From: Heteronotia binoei
Lineage: Eukaryota
Direction of reading: 5' to 3'
NCBI RefSeq assembly: GCF_032191835.1
Contig: NC_083229.1
Coordinates: 46,500,001-46,564,000, forward strand
DNA: 64,000 nucleotides
Position numbers and translations under genes: made by a program. Of the stretch, positions 36,570 to 48,352 are shown one piece after another. Positions within the stretch are counted from its first letter, which is position 1. Each line of letters begins with the position of its first letter. The notes beneath the pieces are model-generated. The model saw only the letters and a program-made list of their open reading frames with translations. It had not been told where the DNA came from and searched no databases.

Positions 36570-36774
36570 GAAATATTTTTTGTAGAAAAAGCACAGCAGG
36601 AATTCATTTGCATATTAGTCCACACACACACACCCCCGACATCACCATTGTTTTGCACAGGGCTTTTTTTGTAGAAAAAGCCCAGCAGAAAATCATTTGA
36701 ATATTAGGTCACACCCCTGACACCAAGCCTGCCAGAATTATATTCCTGTGCATTCCAGCTCAAAAAAAGCCCTG
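36570..36774. mobile_element. hAT-like MITE(s), CAGGGC family
   Basis: Two adjacent units ending AAAAAAAGCCCTG; internal ATTTGCATATT motif as in other copies. Confidence 0.6.
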
Positions 36775-38711
36775 AATATTACTATACAGCAATGCAAATC
36801 ATGATCCACAATTCATGCTGCTAGCCTTTGCAGAAATTTAAAATGCTAGTTAACAATGTAAATACTGTGAAGTACTGTGCATATTCATTGTGTTATATAA
36901 ATAACATGAAAGGTCTTTTTATTTTCATTAAATAGTCTGCAAGAGATTACTTTCTTTATTCTACAAAATACAAGAAGGAGGCCTACATTTAAAGGTATTT
37001 GACATGTAACATGCCTCATAGAACACATTCTGAGGCATGTCTCTCTGTGTTTTGATTGAGGGATGCCAAGGTCTCAGTGGTATGTTGTTGCCAACAAGCC
37101 AGAATGTCATATGCCTTTCCCTTCACTGTGATGCATGCCATGAAATGGAAAGCATGATAGGTACGGATGGAAACCACACAAGAGCCAGATCTTTGTTGAA
37201 AGAGCTGCCAAAGCTAAAATAGCAAAATGCAGAGGAAAATCTCACTTTTTTTTAAACTCAGAGATCTGTCGATTTATCTGCTAGTTTCTTCTTTTAAATT
37301 CGGCAGTCTTTTACAAAGCTTCATAATTTAACAGATATGCAGTACCAAACAGATTTCACAACAGATTAATTGATAAAATATCTTATGTTATACAATAATA
37401 TTCTCCAGTAATGTGTAGAAAAAGCTGAGTTGGAGATATGATTATGAAAGTTGCCATGAAAATTGTACAGACCATAGATTCCTAGGGGGCAAAACAACAT
37501 AATTGCCATGTATTTATTTATAGTCCACCTTTCTTACTAAATTCAGGGCACATTACAGAATATAAAACAATGTATTAAACAGCATGAAACAACCAGAGGA
37601 TAATGCAATAGGACTAGGATTACAGAATTAAGGGAAAAAGTGAACAAAGAGCCAAGTCAAGATAACATTATAAATGGTGCAAAAAGTGGGATTACAAAGG
37701 TATAAGGCAATGCAGTAAAAGCAAGATACTGACAATAATAATTGCAGATGACTACAATTCTACTCTATTATAAAATACTATTATACTCTATTATAAAATA
37801 ATACTCCATTATAAAATAAGAATACTCATCTGAAGGAATGAACATAGGCAATCAGTTAACATATGTGGTGTTTGTACATCACAAATCTTTCATCTATTTA
37901 AGGCACAGCTTCCAGATTTGACACACTGAAAATGCCTAATCTCTATAAGTAGGTGACTTGTCATAGGTATTCATTTGCATGGCGTGTGCATTGAAATCCA
38001 AATCTCAATTCAAGAATGAAAATCGGAGCCAAGCAGTCTGCTTTTATACACTCTGGCAAGGTTGACTTGGAATAATCCAAGAATGAAAATCTGACCTAAG
38101 CTGTTTGCTTTTATAAATACTGGACGTGTCTGCTTTGAAATACCAGGAGCTTGGCATCTCAGCTCTCCCTAGGTACAGCTTTATATCTCCTGCTGACCTT
38201 GAAAGCTCTGTTCTGAAAAAATTGTCTGTATACCTGGAAAAACTTGCCACCTCACAACCTAAGCAGTCAGGTGAGGTCAGAGCAGGAGGGAAGAAGGCTG
38301 ATAACTGATAACATCTCCAGGCAGAAATAAGACAGATGTATTAGTTCATCAGATATGTGGCAGGAAAAAAATGGGTTGGATCTGAAGGTAGACGATGTGT
38401 GGGCAGAAGATACTTCTACTTGCACAAGGATGGTGGGGGAAGCAATTTCTGCAGGTCAAACACTCAAGCTGCAGCTCCATGTTCTTTATTCTATGCTGTT
38501 CTGAGACCTTCAGGATCAGCTTTTTGGATGGTGTAGGGAAATAGTATGGAGAACTGGTGCAAGGAGTTGCAGAAAAGAATAGTAAGGAGTAAAAGAGTGA
38601 AGAATAAGAGAGGGTAAGGAAAGATCCTTTGTCCTAGGCACCCTTCCTCAAATGAAAACATCAGACAGCAGTATAAATTTAACTAGTTTATTTGAATAGC
38701 TACTCTATGTC

Positions 38712-38850
38712 ATGCCCTGACCTGGCTAGTACTTGGAGACTAGTTAGTACTGGGAGACCATCAAGTAAGTCTAGGGTAACTACTCAGAGGCAGGCAATGG
38801 CAAACCACCTCTGTGCATCTCTTGCTTTGAAAGCCCCGTGGGGGATGTGA
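38712..38850 (+). mobile_element. 5S rRNA-derived SINE fragment
   Basis: GTTAGTACTGGGAGACC...GGCAATGGCAAACCACC. Confidence 0.5.
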
Positions 38851-40240
38851 CTTACAGCAAAAAGCTCCCTCAAAAACTCTACATTGTAATTCGGTAAAAT
38901 ATGCTAGCACATTTTAAGGGCAGGTTGCACTAAGCAGCCCGCGTTTCTGCCTTTGCTGAGTAGCTCCACCCTGGCTCCAAACACAGCTAATGATTATGTC
39001 AGCCTTGTTTATCATCATCGGCATTTATCCCATGCCAGAAGGTGCCAAGCTTCATCACTCTTCCCTAATGTACTTAAAAACACTACTGGGTTTAGGCAAT
39101 GCTGCTCAGCACCAAGGGTGCTCTATTTCAACCCAGACACATGATAGATTGTTCAAGAGTTGATCCTCCATTTTTGGCTGAAGCATCAAGGAGTTTTTCA
39201 GTTCTCCTTTTTGTGAGAATTCTTGCCAACAAAGGGGCTTTGCCTCACTTGAAACCTGTTGCCCCACCTGAGAATATAATAACATCCCACAGGCAATGAT
39301 GCAGATCAGCCAGGTAGGTGTCACATAATGAACCTCACAAACTGAGCCAGTTTGTTTGGCACCTAAAAGTTTGCCATGGTTTGTGGCTTGCAAACCGGGA
39401 ACACCATGAACCGAAACAAACCTTATTTTCCCAGTTTGTGCCCATCCCTAGACACCAGCCCCAGCCAATCAAAATTCCATTCCTCATCTGAACTGGAGAA
39501 GGCCTGAGACAAACGGATCCACAGCTCTACTTCTGTAAATATGTTTCTGTGACCAGAACACAAGTTGCCATTCTTTGGACCCTATTCTTTGTGACTACCG
39601 GAAAATGTAGTTGTAAAGACCAATGAACAATTTTTTGCGTGGAATATCCCATTCTAACAGCGGAAACAACAGCAGCAAGTTATTGCATAATCTTTAATAG
39701 GTGACCTGTGGTGTTTGTTTATTGTATTCTACTGGTCTATTGTCAGTTAGATTTGGTCAAGGAAGCAAGTTCAGAATAAATTTTCTCCATTTAAAAAAGA
39801 GTATGCTTATCTTCTTGACTTCTGCACAAAGAGCAAGACAGGCCATTTCATCTGATCATCTGGCAAATCTGGTTCTAGATTTCAGTCCAAGTTTTTGTAG
39901 GGCATCACTGAGGTTCAACATGCTTGGTCAATGCTCTGCTTGGCTGTGCAAACTGGAACTTGCCCTAGAATCTTTTGCCATGTGTTGGCCTAGAATGACA
40001 GATGTGAAGGAATTCCTAGGCAGACATGACAAAGTTGACAGACATTAGAATTTGAAAGACAAATTCCCATGCAGCTGTGCTTCAGATCAGGACTATGTGA
40101 TAAGAGGAGGAGGAATTTAATTCCTCAAACCCTGATCAGTTTTCAAATCACCCTTTCATCTTGGCTACTAACAGGTTCATTAAAATTTATTTTTGAAGGA
40201 CACATCTATGTTTTCTTTATTGTTGAGTTGGAATCCTGAT

Positions 40241-40390
40241 CAGGGCTGGCTCTAGACTATCTGGCACCCTAGGCAAGGCTGACTTCTGGTGCCCCCCCCC
40301 ATCATTGATAGCCACATGGGGGATGCCCAATCTGGTGCCCCCCAGAAGGTCAGCACCCTAGGCAATCACCTAGTTTGCAGAGCCAGCCCT
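40241..40390. mobile_element. Short hAT-like MITE
   Basis: TIRs CAGGGCTGGCTCT / AGAGCCAGCCCT. Confidence 0.65.
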
Positions 40391-40967
40391 TCTTAGTACC
40401 TTACAAAGTCCTCATGTCATGTTCAGGTCCACAAGAGCTTTCAATCAGATGTAAACTGTGAGTTCCCTACAGTGAATACAATTCCCAGACATAAACAGGC
40501 ATAATCTGGATTTGGACCAAAGTAGGCAAGAAGAGAGTATTTAAGCCCCAACACCCCACTTAGAGCTCCATGTACTGATGTGGCATGGGGGTAGGCTTAA
40601 TCACCCTCTCACCGTGTACCTGGTCATGATGGTAATCAGGCACCCACAAATTTGGGAACTGAGTTCCAAATGGAGACCTCACATCTCACATTTGATTAAA
40701 ATTCCTCATGGTAGACCCAAAACCAGGCTCAGATGGATGTTTTATTGGGAGGGGGGATAGAAAAGGGGAATTGTGTAACTTGTCCTAACATGCTGGCATT
40801 GTCAGACTATTAATGGATCACAATAAGTCCCTTAAAAGTTGTCTTCAATTCAATGAACCACATCTGTGCAATCAGGTTTGCTTGTTAACTGGTTGGCAAA
40901 AATTTTTGAAGACATGTTATTGCAAATTTGACAGGTAATACAAGAAACAATTACTGTGGTGTGCTGG

Positions 40968-41583
40968 TGTTAGAATGAACCACACAACACACGTGTTGAG
41001 GAGAGAATGCTCTGCCTTGCCTCTCTGAGCAAGGGTTTATTTATTCCTGTTCCACTCACACCAAATATAATTCAGCTTACCGCATCGCAACAGACAAAGC
41101 ACGCACAGGAGAGCCAGTTTGGTGTAGTGGTTAAGTGTACGGACTCTTCTCTGGGAGAACCGGGTTTGATTCCCCACTCCTCCACTTGCACCTGCTGGAA
41201 TGGCCTTGGGTCAGCCATAGCTCTGGCAGAAGTTGTCCTTGAAAGGGCAGCTGCTGGGAGAGCCCTCTCCAGCCCCACCCACCTCACAGGGTGTTTGTTG
41301 TGGGGGAGGAAGGTAAAGGAGATTGTGAGCCGCTCTGAGATTCTTCGGAGTGGAGGGCGGGATATAAATCTAATATCTTCTTCTTCTTCATCATCTCTCC
41401 TGTTACCATGAGGTCGTGTCTGCCTCATCTACAGAAACTAATACCAACTCAGCAGTTGTCAGGAATAGATTTATCTGAGGAAGCAGAAGTGTGGTTTGAA
41501 CACCGGTGTAAGAATCTTGTGCTTTTGTGTTATCAGAATTATAGGGAAGCAGGATGGTGTGCTGATTGCATGATCCTCCCACA
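40968..41583 (-). repeat. 3' LTR of the ERV (interrupted by a Squam3-like SINE)
   Basis: Collinear with 48023-48352 once 41109-41391 is removed; preceded on minus by purine-rich AAAAAAGAGTAAGA (PPT, 41584-41597); AATAAA on minus. Confidence 0.93.
41109..41391 (+). mobile_element. Squam3-like SINE inserted in the 3' LTR
   Basis: GAGAGCCAGTTTGGTGTAGTGGTTAAG...GGAGGGCGGGATATAAATC-(TCT)n; absent from the 5' LTR. Confidence 0.9.
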
Positions 41584-43737
41584 TCTTACTCTTTTTTATT
41601 TATTTATTGTAAGCTTATTTTAGTAAGGCAATTTTGTGTGATCATAATTCTGTGTGACCACTCAGGAAGGGCAGTTAAGTGACATTTTGGTTTTCGACAT
41701 TCCCAGGAAGGAATGAAATGACGTTACAGTGGGGTAACAAAAAGATGTACTAGATGGGGTAAAAATAAGCCACAGCTGGAAAACAAACAATAATGGGTTT
41801 ATGCATTCATACTGGCACATCTTAGTATTTAATTTTTGTCCCAAAAAGATGCGTGTGTAGGGGGAGAAGGGTTATTCAGAGGCATGCTTTGACTAGGCAG
41901 CCCAGCCTTCCATTACAGAGCTGTTTAGGTCTCCATCATGGGGCTGGGCATGCAGGCTAGTGTGAGAGGGCCCACCATGTCTTTTGAGGCTAGGCTACCC
42001 TCCTTATGCCGTGAGAGGGTCCACCATGTCTCTTTTGAGGCTAGGCTACCCTCTTTATACAATAGCACACTGGTATCAGTTCCCCCCCTTCCTGCACTGT
42101 ACAATTCTTGGAGAGTGTATGCCACATTGCATGAGGTGCTCTCATTTAGATTTCAAACAACCAGGGTTGAAACACAGTTGAGACAAGAGGGGGATGGGAA
42201 TGTCAATTACCAAAAATAAGCTCTTCATGCATGAGGGAAAGCTATGTGTCTTGGTATTGACAATTCTTTATCAATAAACACTACTAGTTATGTTGCAAGA
42301 ATAAAAAAACTCATTTCAATTTCTAAAACACATAAGGGACATATGGAAGTGACATGTTATAAACTGAATCAATTCATGTGCCTTTATGGCAAGCAGCATA
42401 TTGTAGCCTAGGTGATCAAGATACACACATTCAAACATAGGTGAGAGCATGGCCAGAAATGGGCAGTCCATACTGGCCATAATAACATAGGTGAAAGCAG
42501 TGCCAGAGATGGGCAGTCCATACTGGCACATTACAATACAAAAACCATTTCACTGTTCATTTCTTGTTTCCCTCCTCCCTTAGTCTAACAAAAGGTCTTC
42601 TTTCTTGAATTCATGGAGAGTTTGCGTGCTTTATACATGACAATCTTTTCAAAGGGAAATGTTTTTTTTTTTGTAGCCAAAAGGAATTCTTTTTATTTGG
42701 AACTACAACTTGGAAGTGACAGTGGGGCTGCTATTGTGATCATCTGGGGCAACCAGCCTTTTGCTAGGCAGAGGAATTTCCCTGAAAATAAGTTTTCTCC
42801 ATAACTCAGTTTGGATGGGGTTTTGGGGGAGGCCTTCCTTCCAACATCAATGAGGCATGCCCAGGCAAATTTCAGGGCCTCTGGGTAGATATGGAAGAGC
42901 ATGGAAAACATACCTGGAGAAACAAACAAAACAAGAATAATAGATTTTTTTTTTCTTTTAAAGCTTTCCTTGGCTGTCCACAAATTGCCATAACTTGAGC
43001 TCAACCCTGTTGAGATACGGTTGCACACATTAGATAAATTACTACACTTGTTTTGGAATGGAGACTTTCTCCTCCTCACATGGAGTTTCAGTTTGACAAG
43101 GTCTCTACCCTTCCAATGTTAAAGGGCAAATTTTATACACCATACATTATGCAAAATACAAATCCACAATATAAACCTATGCATCACTTCTCATGATTCA
43201 GACTAGTGTACACCCATATAGAAAGCATGCACCTAGAGATTCATGAAAGGCTTTTTACTTTGTTGCAACAGATATGAATTTTAATAAAAACATGAAATTG
43301 TGCACAAGATTGGAGCTCCAAAAAGAGATTACCAGAGTTGGAATTACCCCTGGATTCTGAAAATGGTCACAAAAAGGGAAGAAAAATGTTTGCTATAGCT
43401 TTAGAACATATAAAATTGTCAAAAATAAGAAAAACATCAAAAACAAACAAAATAAAAATGAGGCCTCAATAGAACAATGCCAACTTTAACATGCATGTAT
43501 ACGAGCGATCAGACCCAAAATGATTAGAGAACTGGATCAGAGAATTTAAACCATTGGAAATCAGTGGGGTGATCAAGTCCCACTGAACCCCATTTTTCTC
43601 TGTGCCAGCTCATCCAAAATTTGTTCTGTGGGTCTCACATAGGTGTGAGAGTCGGTTTCAACAAACTTTAGCAACAAAATCCTAAAAGCAAATTCTGGTT
43701 AATACACCTTGACAAACACACAAAACAATTCTTAAAT

Positions 43738-43881
43738 NNNNNNNNNNNNNNNNNNNNNNNNNNNNNNNNNNNNNNNNNNNNNNNNNNNNNNNNNNNNNNN
43801 NNNNNNNNNNNNNNNNNNNNNNNNNNNNNNNNNNNNNNNNNNNNNNNNNNNNNNNNNNNNNNNNNNNNNNNNNNNNNNNNN
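43738..43881. other. Assembly gap (144 N) inside the provirus
   Basis: Run of N. Confidence 0.99.
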
Positions 43882-44781
43882 ACTTGCACAGCCAAGAAGA
43901 TGTGTGGGGCAGTGCAAAGATATAATTCAAAACTGATGTATAAAGCAGGGTGCTAAAACATGCACCTTGATGAAGTTGAAATAATGGAGAAGCTGAAACT
44001 TAAAACAAGCAAAAAGAAACGTGTTATCCAATAGCAAGCCTGGCCAGGACTGTAGAATGGGTTGAAACACAAAATCAAGCAGAACTGTAGTTCTACCATA
44101 GTAAGAACATGAAACATAGAAAGGATTTTCTAAACAAAACACTCAGAAAAGGTCAAACTCTAACAAGATACTCTAGAGGCATAAAATAAAATAGATAAGC
44201 ATGTAGATACCTCTTTCCACAGGTAAGAGGTTCACCAAATAGCTAAATAGGAAGATTGATATGTACAGTTCATAGATGGAACATAACTATAAATGACATT
44301 AAGAGAGCAAATGAAGATATACATTTAAGGAATGCAGAACATTATTATAAAGTCCAGATTTCTAATGAAGACCAAGAGTTTTTAGGAATTCTGCCTAGTG
44401 AATTACCAATAAATCTAGAAAAGGTATTTCTATGAGAAGCACGACATTGAGAATAAAACAAGGTATTAGTTTTTCAAGACTTAAGAGAGAAGTTGCACAG
44501 TGAGAGGGTAGTTTTATCCAAGGAAGGGTACAGATGTTCTTCTATAACACATGCTATAACTTCAAATGAAAAGAGGTCTTATAGGAACCAAAATTTGTGA
44601 GGTAGAATTTTAAAACACTGTTCTTTTCAGAAAATAAAAATTCAGAACCAACAACAAAAAGAATTTTCAGATTTAAATGAATGAAAAATTGGGGAAGTTC
44701 AAAGTAAGATAGAAAACTGTGTTAAATGTAACACTAATAGCCTTGACAGGAGACAAAATACATAAATATAAACAATAGAGA

Positions 44782-45270
44782 CTAGTCATGGATTTCATTG
44801 TGAGTTTCAAAAACAGCAGCCACCAAATTCTCTGGAGAAGGCTCTTGCCCAGCCTCTTCCAGCGTTTGAGGCTGAGATTGAAATTGAGAATCAGGTTTGG
44901 GAGACCCTGATGCCATGCCATCTTTAGCCGGGTGAATACAATGTGCCAGAACCCACAAAAGACCTGCAAGAGAAAACACAGCAGCATGTCTGCACCCCCA
45001 GGTAAGGGGAGCTGAACCAAAGAGAAAACACAGCAGCATGTCTGCACCCCCAGGTAAGGGGAGCTGAACCATGCCGTTAATAAGCCCAAAGACCAAATTC
45101 AATTGTTCCTGAGCCTGCATTTGGATAGGAACCCTCATTTTCACTCCTTTTAATTGTTTTTGAAGAGTGGTTTTCAATGTCTGATTAGCATGTTCCACAA
45201 TAGCTTGACCTGTGGAATTACATGAAATGCCATGCTGGAATTAAATGTTCCATTGTGTACAAAAATCAAC
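44782..45270 (-). pseudogene. ERV integrase remnant (catalytic-core end and C-terminal domain)
   Basis: FCTQWNI*FQHGISCNSTGQAIVEHANQTLKTTLQKQ parallels the betaretroviral IN G-I-P-Y-N-x-x-G-Q-A-I-V-E-R-x-N-x-T-L-K segment; GSAPLTWGCRHAAVFS...LWVLAHCIHP parallels the IN CTD WGRGYACV...W...IRP segment; stop codon and a 52-bp duplication. Confidence 0.8.
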
Positions 45271-46084
45271 ACATTCAGAAAAACAGGTAAAGTAAAATGG
45301 GATTCAGCAAGAGAAATACAGAAATATAGACAGCGGTCTTGTCTAGCATGTACAAAACTAACAGGCACATAGTAAAATCTGTTATCACCCCCTCCTTGTG
45401 TTATTGCAGCAGGGAGGATGTATGTCTGGAACCATCGTTTGTTGTTGCTGTTTCCAGAGAGGATGGGTTTTTAGATGCATGCTTTTATGGGCAATGTGAA
45501 GTCACCAGGGCCATTTTTTACTGCTGGTGTGTGTGCATGTGAGACCATATCTTAATTCTGGAAAATATTAGAACACACTTGAGATTAAATCAAGAGAAAA
45601 ACAAAATTAATTCTATATCACATGGCTGATCAAGAATGTTTTGTTTTGGTTTTTTTCATGAAAAGAGAAGCTAGGGTTAAAAATGAAGTTGCCCTTTGCT
45701 TTTCAGAGCAATTTGTAACACAAAGGGTTACATTCCTTAGCTCTATGCAAAGAAGCACTAAGCTATTTATTGCTTTAGTGAAACTTCGCTCATTTCCTGT
45801 TTCTTCTCTAAAGGCAGAGAGAGAGAGAGAGGAAAATGGCTCTAAGCACATGTCTTTGTTTGTTTTAAATAAAAAAAAATCTGGCTTGGGTTTTTGAAGT
45901 AATGCTATCTGTCTGTCTGCCACGCCTCTATTGGCAGTAATACTTTGTGGGCTGTTTTCTGTCTTCATTGCACAATCCTGTTGTTTGTACTTGGCCCGCC
46001 TTGCAGGGCTGGCGTGCAAGTGCAGAGCAGAGTTGTTAGTGATGAGGAAAAAAAAATGGGTAAGTGTGCCAATTGCTTTTGGTT

Positions 46085-46625
46085 CCTATTAAGCATTCAA
46101 TGAAATTGCTGAGCAGTCAGGCTAAAATAGATAATAGGAAGTACTTCTTCACCCGAAGGGTGATTAACATGTGGAATTCACTGCTACAGGAGGTAGTGGC
46201 AGCTACAAGCATAGCCAGTCCCAAGAGTGGACTGGATAAAAATATAGAGCAGAGATCCATCAATTGCTCTTAGCCACAGTATAGATATACAAATATATGT
46301 ACATGTGTGTATGCATAGAAGAAGACATTGGATCTATGTTCTGCCCTCCCTCACAACAGACACCCTGTGAGGTGGGTGGGGCCAAGAGAGCACTGACAGA
46401 AACTGCTCTTAACTAGAACAACCTCGGAGAGGGCTATGACCGCCCAAGGTCACTCCAGCAGTTGTAAGTGTAGGAGTGGGGAATTAAACCTGGCTCTTTC
46501 AGATAAGAGTCCACACACTTAATTATTACACAAAACTGACACATATTGGTCACTGGATGACACAGAGTGCTGGACTGGATGGGCTGTTGGTGTGATCCAA
46601 CACAGCTTCTCTTATGTTCTTATGT
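46085..46625 (+). mobile_element. CR1 3' end inserted in the ERV, itself interrupted by a minus-strand Squam3-like SINE (~46320-46535)
   Basis: SMKLLSSQAKIDNRKYFFTRRVINMWNSL matches the CR1 at 3249-3818; ends cttctcttatgttcttatgtt. Confidence 0.85.
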
Positions 46626-47059
46626 TAGTTTGCAAACCACACAGGTTAACAGCATAATCAGGAAGATGATTATTAGCACAATGTGCTGAGTCTGATCAAA
46701 AGCAACAAAAACCGTTTGTCCAGTGCTCTGGCATTTAGGTAAAAATAACTATGACTGAGAAAGAAAAATAAATAAATAGAAGAAGTAACATCTTTCAAAG
46801 TCTTATCAGCAAATTCATTGTTCTGAGCAATCACACCAGGAAGATTAAGATGGCTTTAAATAGTGAGCAATGAGAAAAGTAACAACAAAAAATTAAAACC
46901 TGCAAGATTAAAAATATAGCCAATCAAATCAAGGTCAGTTTGGAGAGATACATGCACCAGGAAGTTGATGAATCAAATTCAGTGCATATAAGGTGTCCTA
47001 TTAAGTTGAAAGCCTGTGTGAATAGTAACAATTTCAGCCTGCTGCACTGAGCACTGCCG

Positions 47060-47247
47060 CAAAGTAAAGTTTTACACTTCCCCCCAACAAATTGGGTACT
47101 CATTTGACCAACCTCAGAAAAATGGAAGGCTGAGTAACCTTGAGGCAGCTACCTGAATCCAGCTTCCGCCAGGATCAAACCCAGGCCATAAGCAGAGCTC
47201 AAGACTGCAGTACTGCAGCTTTAACGCTCTGCACCACGGGGCTCTTT
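47060..47247 (-). mobile_element. 3'-truncated Sauria-like SINE at the point where gag homology stops
   Basis: Minus strand GAGCCCCGTGGTGCAGAGCGTTAAAGCTGCAG...; same family as 15817-16124. Confidence 0.8.
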
Positions 47248-47833
47248 TTGAATCCAAATTAACATTTTCTCTGATAGCCTTTACCGATAAAAGGTCAGGC
47301 AACTCTTCCCCTGTCAAATGTACAGGGCAAATAGACAACATTTCTGCCAATTCTGGGACATCTTCCAATTTAGCCTGATCAAGTTCCTTCCCCAAAACTT
47401 CACAGACCATGTGTCCCGGGGCATTAGATGGTGGGCCCATGGGTGGATCTGTTGGTGGAAGAGGGGGAGAAGGAGGAGGAAGAAGAGGAGGGGCAGGGGG
47501 CACAAGTTGGACACTAGTGCCTTTTAGGGGACAATCTTTGAAGAGCTGGCTTGAGTTAGAAACGGGCATAAATTTCTCTACTGCATATCTGCATTTATGC
47601 CAGAATTGCAGCAGTTTAATAGAAGCTCGGGGCTCTGTGTGAAAGGTCTTCCCTATCTTCTCCCAGTCCCGAAGTTTAAGAGAACCTCCTTCCGGATACC
47701 AGGGGCATTACTTACTGATATCTTGTAACAGAGTCTTAAGTTGGCCAGAAGTCATGGACCCGCCGGACTTTTGGATCAAAAACTTTAACTCACCTAAATG
47801 TTTCTGCTCAGCCTGAGAGAACTGTCCACCCAT
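47248..47833 (-). pseudogene. ERV gag remnant: betaretroviral matrix (Gag_p10-like) + proline-rich region
   Basis: ATG at 47833: MGGQFSQAEQKHLGELKFLIQKSGGSMTSGQLKTLLQDISK*CPWYPEGGSLKLRDWEKIGKTF; CPW.PE.G.L.L.DW..IGK is the class II MA signature; single in-frame TAA at 47708-47710; frame continues into ORF 47114-47569; splice donor GGTAAGT directly before the ATG. Confidence 0.9.
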
Positions 47834-48001
47834 ACTTACCAAATGAAAGGGGTCATTTGAGAACGACAGAGTGCGCACTTTGGGGTCTTATGCCAGGCAT
47901 TTGATAAGTAGGAGCTGAGCTGCTGGGCTGTGCCAGGTGATACCTGAAAGCAGGAGCTCTCCCTTGTCCCGGGAGCTGAGCTGTGCCTGCCTCGGTGAGC
48001 T

Positions 48002-48020
48002 GTCCCTGCTTCAGGCGCCA
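48002..48020 (-). promoter_or_regulatory. Primer-binding site, tRNA-Lys3(UUU) type
   Basis: TGGCGCCTGAAGCAGGGAC vs canonical TGGCGCCCGAACAGGGAC (1 substitution, 1 insertion), 2 nt from the LTR end. Confidence 0.85.
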
Positions 48021-48022
48021 CT

Positions 48023-48352
48023 TGTTGGAATGAACCACACAACACACGTGTTGAGGAGAGAATGCTCTGCCTTGCCTCTCTGAGCAAGGGTTTATTTATT
48101 CCTCTTCCACTCACACCAAAAATAATTCAGCTTACTGCATCGCAACAGACAAAACACTCACAGGAAGACATCTCCCCCATTACCATGAGGTCGTGTCTGC
48201 CTCGTCTACAGAAACTAATACCAGCTCAGCAGTTGTCAGGAATAGATTTATCTGAGGAAGTAGAAATGTGGTTTGAACACGGGTGTAAGGATCTTGTGTT
48301 ATCAGAATTATAGGGAAGCAGGTTGGTGTGCTGATTGCATGATCCTCCCACA
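48023..48352 (-). repeat. 5' LTR of the ERV (330 bp)
   Basis: TG...CA termini, AATAAA on minus, followed by the PBS; paired with 40968-41583. Confidence 0.93.

Larger units (their letters stand above)
40968..48352 (-). mobile_element. Defective class II (betaretrovirus-like) endogenous retrovirus, two-LTR provirus
   Basis: Paired LTRs 48023-48352 and 40968-41583 (TGTGGG...ACA on minus); 6-bp TSD TGCTGG at 40962-40967 and 48353-48358; PBS, PPT, gag matrix and integrase remnants in the expected order. Confidence 0.93.

Noticed and set aside
43920-44700. Plus-strand A-rich region read as an L1 ORF2 remnant (FLGILPSELPINLEKVFL)
   Set aside because: Lies inside the provirus where antisense env is expected; the match is short and interrupted, so it cannot be supported without a search
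41925-45071. CRISPR-like array suggested by ~50-bp repeats
   Set aside because: Eukaryotic DNA; two-copy tandem duplications without spacers or cas genes
47114-47569. 151-aa proline-rich ORF as a host gene
   Set aside because: It is the in-frame continuation of ERV gag after the TAA at 47708-47710, and its C-terminus is read through a SINE
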